Counted from the stretch's first letter, positions 49,679 to 61,432 are shown. The stretch: 64,000 bases of DNA from Leucoraja ocellata (GCA_036785375.1 JAWMAR010000351.1:310001-374000), one strand, 5' to 3'. The notes: generated by a model from the sequence alone, not told the origin. Numbers and translations: made by a program.

Positions 49679-50853
49679 GATTATTTTAAAGTAATAGATT
49701 CAGCAATTTGAATTTTTTTCCCCATGTATTTGGCATTGATACTATCACAAATAGGTTTGTGATCCAGCTACATCTATAACCAAACACTTGGATTTGAACA
49801 GGAGCAGTTCTGCATTGCTAAATCATAGGTGAACCCGAGTGTGAGAATAACACAGAATGTTTCCAATAATAGTGAAGCTATCTCTTGATGGAAGCGGATT
49901 TTCTGTTTGCAGCAATGCTAAAGGGTACACTGGGTCCACCTCTGTGTTCAAATAGCTTGGTTCCAAACAAGGCAGCATACCATTTTAAAGGACTTTCTGC
50001 TCATAATTTTCCAAAGTCTCCAAATCTACTTTCACTCTTCATTCATAACTTAATTTTCCTTGTTGCCCCCCCCCCCCCCCCCCCCCGGCATCATGCATAC
50101 ATGTAAAGCAGAAACAGGTGACTTTGCTCAATCCCTCTAGCCAGCTCCACCATTCAGTGCCATCATGTACCATCAGTATCATAACCTCAAATCAATTCTC
50201 CTGCCCCACTAGTATGTCTTTTACTCTACTTCTTCTATAGCCCTGAGAGGAAGAGTGTATGAAAGGCTTCTGACCTTCAGGGAGAAAAACCTTTGTGTTG
50301 CTCCTGTCTGAAATGGTCAACCCCTCCTTTTTGAAAAGTAATTTGTACTTCTCAGCATCCTCTCCACATTCACACTTTCAAGATCTCTCAAAATGTAATG
50401 TTTAAGTAGTGTGCTTTCATTTTTTTGAACTCCAGGTATAAGTTCTAATCTGAAGCCTTTTGCAGATGTCAGTCTAGTAAACCTCTGAACTGGTTCCAGT
50501 CCATTTACACTCTTTATGTTAAAAAAAAATCATAATGTACCTATTACTGCAGATGCGGTCTTGTTCATTCCCAAGATGATGAAAGCCAAACCTCCCTATG
50601 TTTGCATTCAATGCCCCTCACTATAAATGAGAAGATCCTGTCACATTTTCTAACCACTTACGATACACCAATACCTTCATGCTAGTCTTTGACGATTTTT
50701 ACAGCAGGATACCATGATTTCTTTATTCCCACCTCCTGAAATGTGAAAGGAGTTCTTGGAAACAAAAAGGTACTGTGTAGATTTCAATCTCTTGTGTGCA
50801 TCTGATGGGATTTTGTGTGTCTTTTTCCCCTCATTGTTACAATGCCTTGATAG

Positions 50854-51016
50854 GTGGCGCCGCTTGAAAGCTCAGATGATTGAGAAAAGATCAAAGCTTG
50901 GGGAATCACAGACCCTTCAGCAATTTAGCCGAGATGTCGATGAAATCGAGGCCTGGATCAGTGAGAAGCTTCAGACGGCAACTGATGAATCTTACAAAGA
51001 TCCCACAAACATTCAG
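50854..51016 (+). CDS. SPTAN1: SPTAN1 exon 36
   Basis: [19 protein letters not shown]...KDPTNIQ; 163 nt. Confidence 0.96.
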
Positions 51017-51423
51017 GTAACTAACTTTAAAATGTTTCTCTTCCTCTGAGCCCGAAGCTTTGCATATAGGCATCCCCTGCTAAGTGATCAGTTATCAGTT
51101 TAGAAACTTTGGTGCAGCTGTACCAAAGGAGTAACAGAGATGCAGAGGAACTCCCTGGATTAAAATAAAAACTTTAAAAAGCGCTACTACTCCTTTGAGG
51201 GAAGGTCTTTGGCCTCTGCCCAATAACTTCTCATCTTAATGGCCTTAACACTTGGAAACACTATCTGCTCTGAGCACTGATCTCTGACCTACCTTTCTGA
51301 GATAAATCTTTTGAACTGAAGATCCTTTTGGCCTGTTTGTATTATATGAATGGAAATTGTAATTGAATCTCATATTTTAACCATTCAATATTGATGTAAT
51401 CTTTTCTCTTAATCTGTTTTTAG

Positions 51424-51438
51424 CTATCCAAACTGCTG
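51424..51438 (+). CDS. SPTAN1: SPTAN1 exon 37, 15-nt microexon LSKLL
   Basis: tttag|CTATCCAAACTGCTG|gtaagt; identical peptide to the known 5-aa alpha-II spectrin insert. Confidence 0.92.
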
Positions 51439-52159
51439 GTAAGTGATTGGTGGCTTTTGTCTAACCCAGGATTATGTCTTGTCTTAATTTAAGTAATATT
51501 GAATTTGTTAGATTGTGTTTTATAGACATAACCTTTTCCATTTACTGCTTGCAGTTTTACTGAGTGTCTTGCGATTTTTTTTTTTAATTTGATGCATCTG
51601 TCGTATTAATGTTGCTTCTGGCAATTATAGTATTTTGTGTGTCTGTGGTGTAACAGATAATTCTGCTGATTCAATTATCTGGTATTTGGTTTTAAATTAA
51701 TACTAAATAAATTAAATCAATTGAATGTCCTTGTTGCTGGGAACTGGTGATTGGTGATGTTTAGTGTGTGGTTTGTGTCCGTGTTCACTGTTACAATCCC
51801 AATTGTGATTTCCTCTGAGACCTTGTGAAGGGGTTATCTTCTTTCTGAGGTAAAACTAAAATCTTCGAAAAGAAAACTTGGGTACAACATCGTTAACAAC
51901 TGATCCAACACAAACTTATTTGGCTGTTGCAAATTATACAAATAATTCAAAATTCTGATATAGCTGAGATGCACTATAAATAGAAAGTGGAAAGACTGGA
52001 CTTCCAAGGAAATAAATAATTTTGATGTATTTCAGGACAAAGTCATATCATTTTAAAACTACTACAAAATACCTTTGTAGTAGGTGTGACAAAAGGTCTC
52101 AGAAGGAATCTTTGAATGCTGATGACCTGTGTAGTGAATGTTGCGTTACTCCCCTACAG

Positions 52160-52291
52160 AGCAAACACCAGAAGCATCAAGCATTTGAAGCAGAGCTTCA
52201 TGCCAATGCCGACAGAATCCGTGGGGTCATTGACATGGGGAAATCGCTGATTGACCGAGGGGCTTGTGCTGGTAGTGAAGATGCTGTCCAG
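52160..52291 (+). CDS. SPTAN1: SPTAN1 exon 38
   Basis: SKHQKHQAFEAELHANADRIRG...SEDAVQ; 132 nt. Confidence 0.96.
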
Positions 52292-53167
52292 GTAATTGCA
52301 GAACATAAGTAACTTGGATATCGAAAGACCAGAAATAAATTTGTCTTGTACATTATCACTGGCTGGACAATGAAGATAATTGCTCTTGATATTCTTGGCA
52401 ATGAAGTATTTAGGGGGTTGGTCGGTCAAAACAGAATTTCTAATTCTTCTGGGAAAGATGCGCTTGCACTTAACATCCATTCACATCTCAAAACTCTAAG
52501 CAACAACAACCTAAAGTAAGGTATCTGGTGTTCTTTTGTTATTTGATGTATTACTTCTGCATCTTGAAGTGGCTGGGTCTACACACTGAGGTATTTTTGA
52601 TGTGCAGCATCTTTTAGTTGCTTCAATGAAAACGATTAGCAAAGGCGAATCAAAGTAAATACACAATACATTTTATAGGATTCGTTACACTCTATATCTG
52701 CCAATATACTTGAAGTGGCTTATTTCAGGTCCTGATTTTAGAACAGTTCAATGTTGTTTTGTTGGATTCCAATTTTGCCAACAGGTAATGCAGTAAAGTA
52801 TTTGGGCAACTTACCTCAGTTTTATGTACTGGGCTAGTAGCATGCACATCTTTTAATGACACAAACATGAAGGACAGCCTATATACTACAAGCTGTACTG
52901 TTGGGGAACAATGTGTCCCCCAAGAAAATATGAGAAAACACTCCAATATGCTTGTGCAAATGCTTTACCTTGACTTGGAATAGCAATGATTTTAAGATCA
53001 TTGTTCATTGTCTGTGTACGAGTGGATAGTTGTGTAGATGAGATGAGGATACTTAGTGAAGTCTAACTTGCAACATGTACTATCAGCAGATTGTTTATTT
53101 ATGGGATGGATTTAGCCAGATTAACTGGTGACTGACGAGCTGCTTGAATTATCCTTCTGTCTAATAG

Positions 53168-53305
53168 GCTCGTTTGGGAACGCTGGGTAACCAATGGGGG
53201 GATTTGGTGCAGAAATCAGCAGAAAAAAGTCAGAAGCTGAAAGAGGCCAATAAGCAGCAAAATTTCAACACTGGAATCAAAGACTTTGACTTCTGGCTAT
53301 CTGAG
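53168..53305 (+). CDS. SPTAN1: SPTAN1 exon 39
   Basis: ARLGTLGNQWGDLVQKSAEK...DFWLSE; 138 nt. Confidence 0.96.
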
Positions 53306-53734
53306 GTAAGTGGATCCACATAATATTGCCCAGATTTTTAGATTTTGACATTAAATCGATAGTTTCATTTCATTGGCTTTGCTAATGGCTGCAATTGTCT
53401 GTATAAAATAAACAAATATCTTGCAAAGTATAGTGAATCAGAAGATTGCAGTTTTTAGTGAATAAGATGCATGGGTGTTTTTTGGATACAGATGGCTATG
53501 GAGGGTAATGTGGCCACATTCGGTCTAGGTGTTTGGTGATGGGAGGGCATGTAAGACATTTCCGGCAAGATTTGATTGGCACAAAAGATTGATATTTAAA
53601 AAAAAAAATGTATTTTGATTAACATCTTTCATCTGATTGTTGTGTTATTGGGAAGTATGAAAATGTAAGTCAACATCCTTTCCATGTTGGACATCATTAT
53701 GTCTCGAGAAATAGTGGAATGTATATAGAGCAAA

Positions 53735-54265
53735 TCCAAATCCCTGCCTGGATATTCAGGGCATTAAGTGCAATGGTTGGGATGTGGCAGTTGTATAAAA
53801 CATTGGTGAGGCTGCCCTTGAGGTATTTAGCATTGGTCAGCCTGCTACAGAAAATATGCTATTCGGATGGAAAGATTTACAAGGATGTTGCTGGGATTCA
53901 AGGGACTGATGAGTTATAAGGAGAAGTTGATGGGTGGAGATACGGTAACTGTGCAGTATTTTTCCCAGTATTGGGGAAATCAAGAACTAGAGGGTATAGA
54001 TTTGAGGTGAGAAGGAAAAGATTTAATAGGAACCTGAGTGGCAATTTTTACCACACGGTGTAGTATGTATATGGAACGAGGTGCCATAGGAAATAGCTAA
54101 GGCAGGTACTATGATAACATTTAAAAGACGTTTGGACAGCTATATGGATAGGAAAAGTTCAGGAAGATATGGATCAAACGGGCAAATTGGATTATTTTAG
54201 ATGGACATCTTGGTTGGCTTGGACGAGTTGGACCGAAGGGCCGGTTTAAATGCTCTATGACTTAA
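53735..54265 (+). mobile_element. CR1 LINE 3' fragment
   Basis: cagttgtataaaacattggtgaggc..., agaactagaggg, tail ttggaccgaagggcc. Confidence 0.8.
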
Positions 54266-55091
54266 TATTAGCTACCCTTATTTTTGTTGACTTGAATTGC
54301 ATAAGAGTACAGGCACACTGAAAATCATACCTTTTTGTCCTGTAGGTTGTTATGATTTTTAAAAAATAGTTTTGTTACAGAAACACTGGTTTCTAAATTT
54401 GAAATAAGTCACAATCTAATCAAAATGGTTTATTATTAAATGGGTGTACACAGCTTGTTAAAGGTCTAGTGCTGTGTTCTGAGTTGAAAGCGATGCTTAT
54501 GTTGCACTTCTGCCAATGAGAACCTTTGCCCCATTTTCCTTACAGTCTATCCTATTTTAATTTGGACCAGCATACAGGATTATTTATGAGTCCGAGCATC
54601 TGCAGCCGACCCACCTGTAATTAAGAAAACCTCAGGCAGACAAAAGGACCAGTGACTATCCCCTTGATGTCATGCCTGGCTGATTCTTTGTCATGTCAAG
54701 ACCTTTTTGTACTTATAGTCTTCTATGTACTTCCATGCATTGTAACATTAATAAGTAATGACAACATAATGTTGCACTTCTGGTCACTTTATTCCTGTAT
54801 ACTTCCTATTAAAAGCTGATAGGAAGACCAGTAATAGAATGTGAATTGAATATCCAGAATTTGTGCTTTCCAGACCCAGCCTATAAATGTGAAAGGTTCT
54901 TGATGGAAAGATTCTTTAAAAAAATTTCAATTTTGAATTTGTGAATGATTGTTTAGCTTTATGCTGCTATTTTGTATGAACCTATTCTATCACCATTTCT
55001 GTCGCTAAGATCCTTCCACCTGTCGCTTGAGGTGTTTATTTCCATTTTTTAAACATGGTGCTGAGTCACATTTTGTGTTTTTAATTTACAG

Positions 55092-55196
55092 GTGGAAGCT
55101 CTACTAGCCTCTGAGGACTATGGGAAGGACCTGGCATCTGTAAATAACCTACTGAAGAAACATCAGCTTCTCGAAGCTGACATTAGCGCGCATGAG
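55092..55196 (+). CDS. SPTAN1: SPTAN1 exon 40
   Basis: VEALLASEDYGKDLASVNNLLKKHQLLEADISAHE; 105 nt. Confidence 0.96.
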
Positions 55197-55776
55197 GTAA
55201 TGACGTGCTCTATGGAAGTTGGGCTCTAATTGCAAATAAAAACATTAACGTTAAGCAGAGTCACAGGTGTATGAACTGTTAATGGATCATTTGGGCTCAT
55301 GTACCCCTGGGAATATGCTAGTTAAGCTTTCTGCTCTGGGCTGTGTAATAAAGCTTTGCTGGAACAAAGATTTTTGCATGGAGCATGTTTTATGTTATCA
55401 TGCATAACTTTCAAAGGAAAATTACAAATAATGCTTTATTTGGTTTAGTGATTTGAATAATTGAATTTTACGGTAGACATATTGACAGCTCCTTAAAAGA
55501 CCACTCCTTATTCAACTCCCTGCATTTTATTCTATTTGCCCTTTTTCATTTGTATTTACATGAAGCATTTTACAATTCATATTGCTTATTGCTCCAAAAG
55601 AATATTTGGTTTGGCCAAAGTCTTTGCTTACACTGGGCAGTTTATCGAAACCCATTGTTTGTTTAAAAAATGCAGTTTTTGTTCTAATGGCTTGCTTACT
55701 ACTTTACAAAAATGATTCAGTTTGATGATATCATAGACATACTTTTCTAAATAGTTTAATTACTTGATTGTTTTAG

Positions 55777-55985
55777 GACCGTCTGAAAGACTTGAATCTT
55801 CAGGCTGATAGCCTCATGTCCAGTGATGCCTTTGACACCACCCAAGTAAAGGACAAACGCACTGCGGTGAACAGTCGGTTTCAAAAAATAAAAAATATGG
55901 CCACAACTCGTCGCGCTAACCTGAATGAATCCCATAGACTTCACCAATTCTTCCGTGATTTGGATGACGAAGAATCTTGGTTAAA
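55777..55985 (+). CDS. SPTAN1: SPTAN1 exon 41
   Basis: DRLKDLNLQADSLMSSDAF...DEESWLK; 209 nt. Confidence 0.96.
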
Positions 55986-56145
55986 GTGAGTTGGAAAGGG
56001 CTTTTGAATGCTTTAGAAGTGATGATGTTCTGTTAAACTGGTGCTAATCAACTAAATTATGTTGAGCCACTTCAACGTGAAAATCTTACAACTAGTTAGC
56101 TGTAAAAGTGATGCAGGATGATGCATTTTCTTTATATTTGAACAG

Positions 56146-56266
56146 GGAGAAGAAATTGCTTGTGAGTTCTGAAGATTACGGACGGGATCTGACTGGAGTA
56201 CAGAACTTGAAGAAGAAACATAAACGCCTGGAAGCAGAGCTGGCTGCACATGACCCAGCAATCCAG
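56146..56266 (+). CDS. SPTAN1: SPTAN1 exon 42
   Basis: [21 protein letters not shown]...HDPAIQ; 121 nt. Confidence 0.96.
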
Positions 56267-57148
56267 GTTTGAATAAAACATTGACCTAGCAATGATGGCC
56301 TAAGACAACTTTTCAAGGGACCTGGTTTGTCAATAAATGTATATACTGGTATATCATTGTACCAAATTAACAATTGACAAGTCTTGGATGAATGTCTTTG
56401 TAAACTGTGGGTCAAATCACAGAATGGGATTGAAGAGAAAGAGCAATTCATGAATCTCACTCCCCTGTTATTCACCATGAAAATGGCATTAAAAAGGCTT
56501 TTAAATGGGTGCATGGATATGCAAGGATACGGATCGTGTGCAGGCAGAGTGGATTAGTTTAACTTGGCACGACCTGGATATTATGTGTTATAGGGCTTGC
56601 TTCTGAGTTGTACTGTTTTGTGTATCTATATTGAGTATTTTCCCTTTCCCTTACCGAAGGTTAACTATTGAATCTCCGTCCACGATCTTGTTAGCCAATT
56701 TTGGAAAAATACACAATATAGATACATAAAACTACAACACAGAAATTGGTCCTTCAGTGCATCTTTTAAACTTATGTCGGAGTTATTGACCCTCTGAAGC
56801 AGTTTCTCTTTAATTTACATTTGCTGGCCAGTCCTGGCACCTCAATAGAGAATTACATGGATGCCGGCTACTTCGACGGGAATCTGAGCCATGTTTGATT
56901 TTTGAACAAAATTAAGGGTGCAGTTGTTGATTTACCACAGAATTAAACATCCCATTCCTGACATTTCAGTGATACTAAAACTACCCTCTGTATGAAAAGA
57001 TTGCCTCTTAGATTCCTTTTAAATCTTTACCCTCTCTCCTTAAATGTATACCCTCTAATTCTTGATTTCCCGTACCCTGGGAGACGTCTATTCATTGTTA
57101 ACATTAATGCTAGTTAGGATACTCATGGTTGTTGTTCTTTTGCAATAG

Positions 57149-57270
57149 TCTGTACTGGAAACGGGAAATAAGTTGTCGGATGATAATACGATTGGAAAGG
57201 ATGAAATCCAGCAGAGACTGTCACAGTTTGTGGCACACTGGAAGGAGTTGAAGGAATTTGCAGCTGCCCG
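57149..57270 (+). CDS. SPTAN1: SPTAN1 exon 43
   Basis: SVLETGNKLSDDNTIGKDEIQQRL...FAAAR; 122 nt. Confidence 0.96.
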
Positions 57271-57514
57271 GTATGTTTGCTTTGTCCATCATGGCTTTTG
57301 AGGGCTGTGTTTTTGTTGAGTTATGTTTTTATTAGCTATTGCAGACATTGTTGGTGTATGGAGGGTGCAAAAAGTCTAAAATGCAGCAAACATATTTGAT
57401 ATCTGTGGAGAGAATGAACAAATTCTTGTTTCAGACCTGGGTCTTAAAGGACCTATTTTATCATACCATTTGTAATCACAGTGACTTACAGCTATCAAAT
57501 ATTTGAAATGTCAT

Positions 57515-57932
57515 TTCAAATGTCTCCATTGTCAGAGTGAGGCTAAATGCAAATTGGAGGAACAGCATCCAATATTTTGCTTGGGCAGCTTTCAGTTCAG
57601 TGGTATGCTAATTGATTTCTCTAACTTCTAAGTAACCCCGGCATTCCCCCTCTCTCCATCCCTCCCTCAACCAAGTCACTACAACTTCTTGTTTTCATCC
57701 AACAAACAGCTAAAAATAGCATGTATATATAATTGTTACTCTTTTGCATATCTTTCATTCATTGTTCTTTATCTCTCAACATCATTGTCTCTATCTCTCC
57801 ATTCCCTTTCCCCTGACTAGTCTGAAGAAGGGTCTCAACCCGAAATGTCACCCATTTCTTCTCTCCAGAGATGCTGCCGGCTTTTTATGCCTGTCTTCAG
57901 ATTAAACCGGCATCTGCAGTTCCTTCCTACAC
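57515..57932 (+). mobile_element. Penelope-like element 3' end (end of GIY-YIG ORF + pLTR with hammerhead motif)
   Basis: 57524 onward reads LHCQSEAKCKLEEQHPIFCLGSFQFSGMLIDFSNF*, then a pyrimidine-rich UTR and ctgaagaagggtctcaacccgaaatgtca. Confidence 0.85.
57822..57850 (+). ncRNA. minimal type I hammerhead ribozyme motif (Penelope-associated), core intact
   Basis: CUGAAGA-A-GGGU(CUCA)ACCC-GAAA-UG-UC; activity untested and stems I/III are very short. Confidence 0.55.
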
Positions 57933-58390
57933 ATTTGAAATGCCATCACTTCTCTGCAGCAGAAATGGAAGCATTTAGATAGGATCATGGGAAGAAAAAC
58001 AAATTAACTAGTTTATACACAAGGAACTAATTAAATATTTTATGATTGAAGATCATTAGTGCTTTATTAAAAAATCGAACCATCAAGACAAATGAGAGAT
58101 GTGTTGAAACAAAAGCAAAACATATAAACAACTCAATCGCAGGAATATTCAATAAGGAATTTACATTTATGCTCTATTTTTAACTGAGAAAATGTATTGT
58201 GCTTTCCCATCGATTGCAAAGTTATTTTTTATTCTCCCTGTTCCTTTCTCAAAATCTAGTCGGATGTTTCCTAATTTTTCCAAGCAGATAAGGATCAATA
58301 AAATTTGTATTTTATGAAAGTGATACTGAGAGCATGGAACTGGTGTATTGTTTTTATAAACACAAATAAGTCAAACTGTTTTTGTTGCAG

Positions 58391-58523
58391 AGGACAACGT
58401 CTGGAAGAATCCTTGGAATACCAGCAGTTTGTGGCAAATGTTGAGGAAGAGGAGGCATGGATCAATGAGAAGTTGAACTTGGTGGCAAGCGAGGATTATG
58501 GAGATACACTTGCTGCTGTACAG
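58391..58523 (+). CDS. SPTAN1: SPTAN1 exon 44
   Basis: [23 protein letters not shown]...LAAVQ; 133 nt. Confidence 0.96.
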
Positions 58524-58754
58524 GTCAGTGTCTTGTGATTTGCCATTTTAACCCATTTGTTAATATTTGCATAGCATCTGATGCAAGTTACGGTAAACCT
58601 CTATCATATTATCAGTGATACCAATTTAATTGTTCTGATAAGCAAGGCACAATGCTGAATCTGAAATGTTTATTTATCTGTATGGTGCTAACTTTCCCAT
58701 CTCCTGCACCCAGAGGATCCCTGGCACTTAACACCCATCACCTGTCAAGCTGTA

Positions 58755-58935
58755 AAAAACAAAGTGGTGGAGGAACTCATCAGGTCAGGCAACATTAGTG
58801 GAGGACATTAACAGGCACCGTTTTGGGTCGGGACCCTTCTTCAGACAGAAAGGTCATCTGGCCATTCTCTCAATAGATGCTGCCTGACCCGCTGAGTTCC
58901 TTCAGCACTTTTGTTCAAGACTCCAGCCTCTGCAG
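58755..58935. mobile_element. inverted pair of Penelope pLTR fragments
   Basis: Minus copy (58755-58846, with hammerhead remnant) abuts a plus copy (~58850-58935). Confidence 0.75.
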
Positions 58936-59028
58936 TTTGTTTTCTCTCTACTTTATACTGTCTATTTCCAGTGCTGTATCTAATTATTGTACACTTGCTT
59001 TTAATTTTATTTCTCTCCGTTCTCCAAG

Positions 59029-59127
59029 GGATTGTTGAAAAAACATGAAGCATTTGAAACTGATTTCACAGTTCACCGTGATCGAGTGCATGATGTTTGT
59101 ACAAGTGGTGAGGAGTTGGTAAAGAAG
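59029..59127 (+). CDS. SPTAN1: SPTAN1 exon 45
   Basis: GLLKKHEAFETDFTVHRDRVHDVCTSGEELVKK; 99 nt. Confidence 0.96.
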
Positions 59128-60506
59128 GTAAGAGGTTTTTAAAAATTAATTTGAATATGTTTTCTATTGTTAATGGTTGTTTGGATTTTTGCTTTAATCT
59201 TTAACTGCTGACTGGGAAAACCCTCACTTTCTGGGCTATTGATTTTTTTTGGACCGAAACCATCGCTTTCCACCGCCCCAGCCCCGACTTTACACGTTTG
59301 TTACTACAAGATGCTTTAGTTGGGCAAGATATTAACATTGCAGCCTGTCAAGAGCTGACTGACCAGTAGTTCATTGTAAACTGAATGTTTAGTACTGTTC
59401 GGATATCAGTTAGGAATGGGTTTGTTTGGTTTCTGAGTTTGCTTATTTTGAGCGCCAGATAACAGTAGCAAATAAATGTCCCGATTACACAGTGGATGCA
59501 ATCTCATTACAAGGACTGAAGTGATTGTTGCCTGAGGGAAGCAAGGAATAGGTGATCGTGATCAATGTGGCTTTGCCATTCTTGTTTGCATGCTATGAAC
59601 ACATTTTTAAGAAGAATTAGGACAGTATTATTGTTCTTGGATGGAAGAAATGACTGGATTTATTCTCGCTATCAGCAGTCAAGTGTTCATTGAATTAGCA
59701 ACCCTCGACTCAGCTATGCAACTCTTCATCATGCTTGAATGACTATCAACATTTTAGAATGAGCATGTGATTTACTTTGAGTTAGCAGTAAATGTTGCTG
59801 TTGAATTGTTCGCCAGCATTATGTCAGGGGGAAGAACCTAGCAAGAGTGAGAAAACAAAAGTTTTTAAAATAAATTAATACTAGTCTTGCAGCTAGTGTT
59901 TCTTTGATTGTGACTCTATATTTGACATCCTCTACAAATCTGACTTGGGGCCAAAGGACTTGCTAATAATTATCTTTGGTGCCCTCATTTAGAAGTATTA
60001 ACAACTGGCTGCAATACACGAGCACGCTGTTCCTTTTACTTTCTGTAATCCTTTCAAATGCTTATTTATGCATTTGTCTGAACTATGTAATACCTGTGTA
60101 AGGGTCATTGAGATGGTTTCACTTCACCCAGCACATACACGTGCTTAGGGGATGTTAGAGCTCGGCCGTTTTCTCCAGGGTCATTAAAACTTCCACTTGA
60201 AACTGTGGAGTGTACCTTTTCTTTAATAAATGCTTTATGCCAGTCAGGAAATGCATACAGTATAAAGGATTTAATCCCTCACTTTACACCACTTTAAATT
60301 AAATAGGCCGTTCCAGACGTTGAATTGATTGTACAAGATATTTCAATGTTTCACATTTATTTCCATACGTACGTAAAAGGCAGAAATGAGATTAATAGGA
60401 AACTTTAGCCAATATACAATAGTCACGTTTGTAGTCCCTTTAATGTTAGAGCTTGCAAAGATGTACATAAATAACTTGTACTGAAGCTATTTTCTATCAC
60501 CTACAG

Positions 60507-60666
60507 AACAATCATTATGTTGAGAATATAACTGCAAAGTTGAAGGGATTGGAAGCGAAGGTGACAGAGTTGGAGAAAGCAGCTGCCCAGAGGAAAGCGA
60601 AGCTGGATGAGAATTCTGCATTCTTGCAGTTTAATTGGAAGGCGGATGTGGTTGAGTCATGGATCG
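60507..60666 (+). CDS. SPTAN1: SPTAN1 exon 46
   Basis: NNHYVENITAKLKGLEAK...ADVVESWIG; 160 nt. Confidence 0.96.
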
Positions 60667-60744
60667 GTAAGTTTGTCGGCTGTTGTGAACTTGCTGGTCA
60701 TTGAAGGTTAGGTAGCGAAGCTATCAGGTAAATCAAACACATGA

Positions 60745-61432
60745 ATAAAACGAGGTTTCACATGCACCTCCACTAACTTCATCTACTACATCCAGTGTTC
60801 CCAAGGTGGCCTCCTTTACTTCAGCTTGTGCTCGATCCTCCTTACTGAATCTTCCAGTTGCTAACCTGAATCTCCCAGTTGCTAACTCCCCTTCCAATTC
60901 TGACCTTTTTACTCTGGGCCGCCTCCATTGCCAGAGTGAAGCCACATGCAAACTGGATGAACAGCACCTTGGGTAACTTACAGCCAACTGTATGAACATT
61001 GAATTCTCCAATTTTAGGTAACTAATCTAAAAGACCCCCCCCTCCCCCCAACAACTTCTCCACGCCCCTCCCTGTACACCAACTGGACGCACATTTCTCC
61101 CTTCCCCCCCATCACTCATATTTGTTTCTCTGGCTTCACAATCGCACTTCTTCTATCCTTATCTCTCACCTTTTTGTCTTTTCATCTCTTGCTTTTGTCC
61201 AACCATCTACCTACCGAAACCCCTCCTTGCCTGTATCTACCCATCACTTGCCAGGCTTTGTCCTGCCTCTCCTCTCTTCCAGCTTTCTCTCCCCAACCAC
61301 AATTGGTCTGAAGAAGGCTCCTGAACCAAAACATCACCTATCCACATTCTCCAGAGATGCTGCCTGACTCACTGAGTTATTCCAGCACTATTTGTCAGTT
61401 TTTTGTAACCCAGCATTTCCTGACCCTTGCTC
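60745..61432 (+). mobile_element. Penelope-like (Neptune-type) element: GIY-YIG endonuclease remnant + pLTR
   Basis: 60757 onward reads FTCTSTNFIYYIQCSQGGLLY, later LHCQSEATCKLDEQHL and MNIEFSNFR*; pLTR ctgaagaagg...ccagagatgctgcctgac at 61308-61370. Confidence 0.85.
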
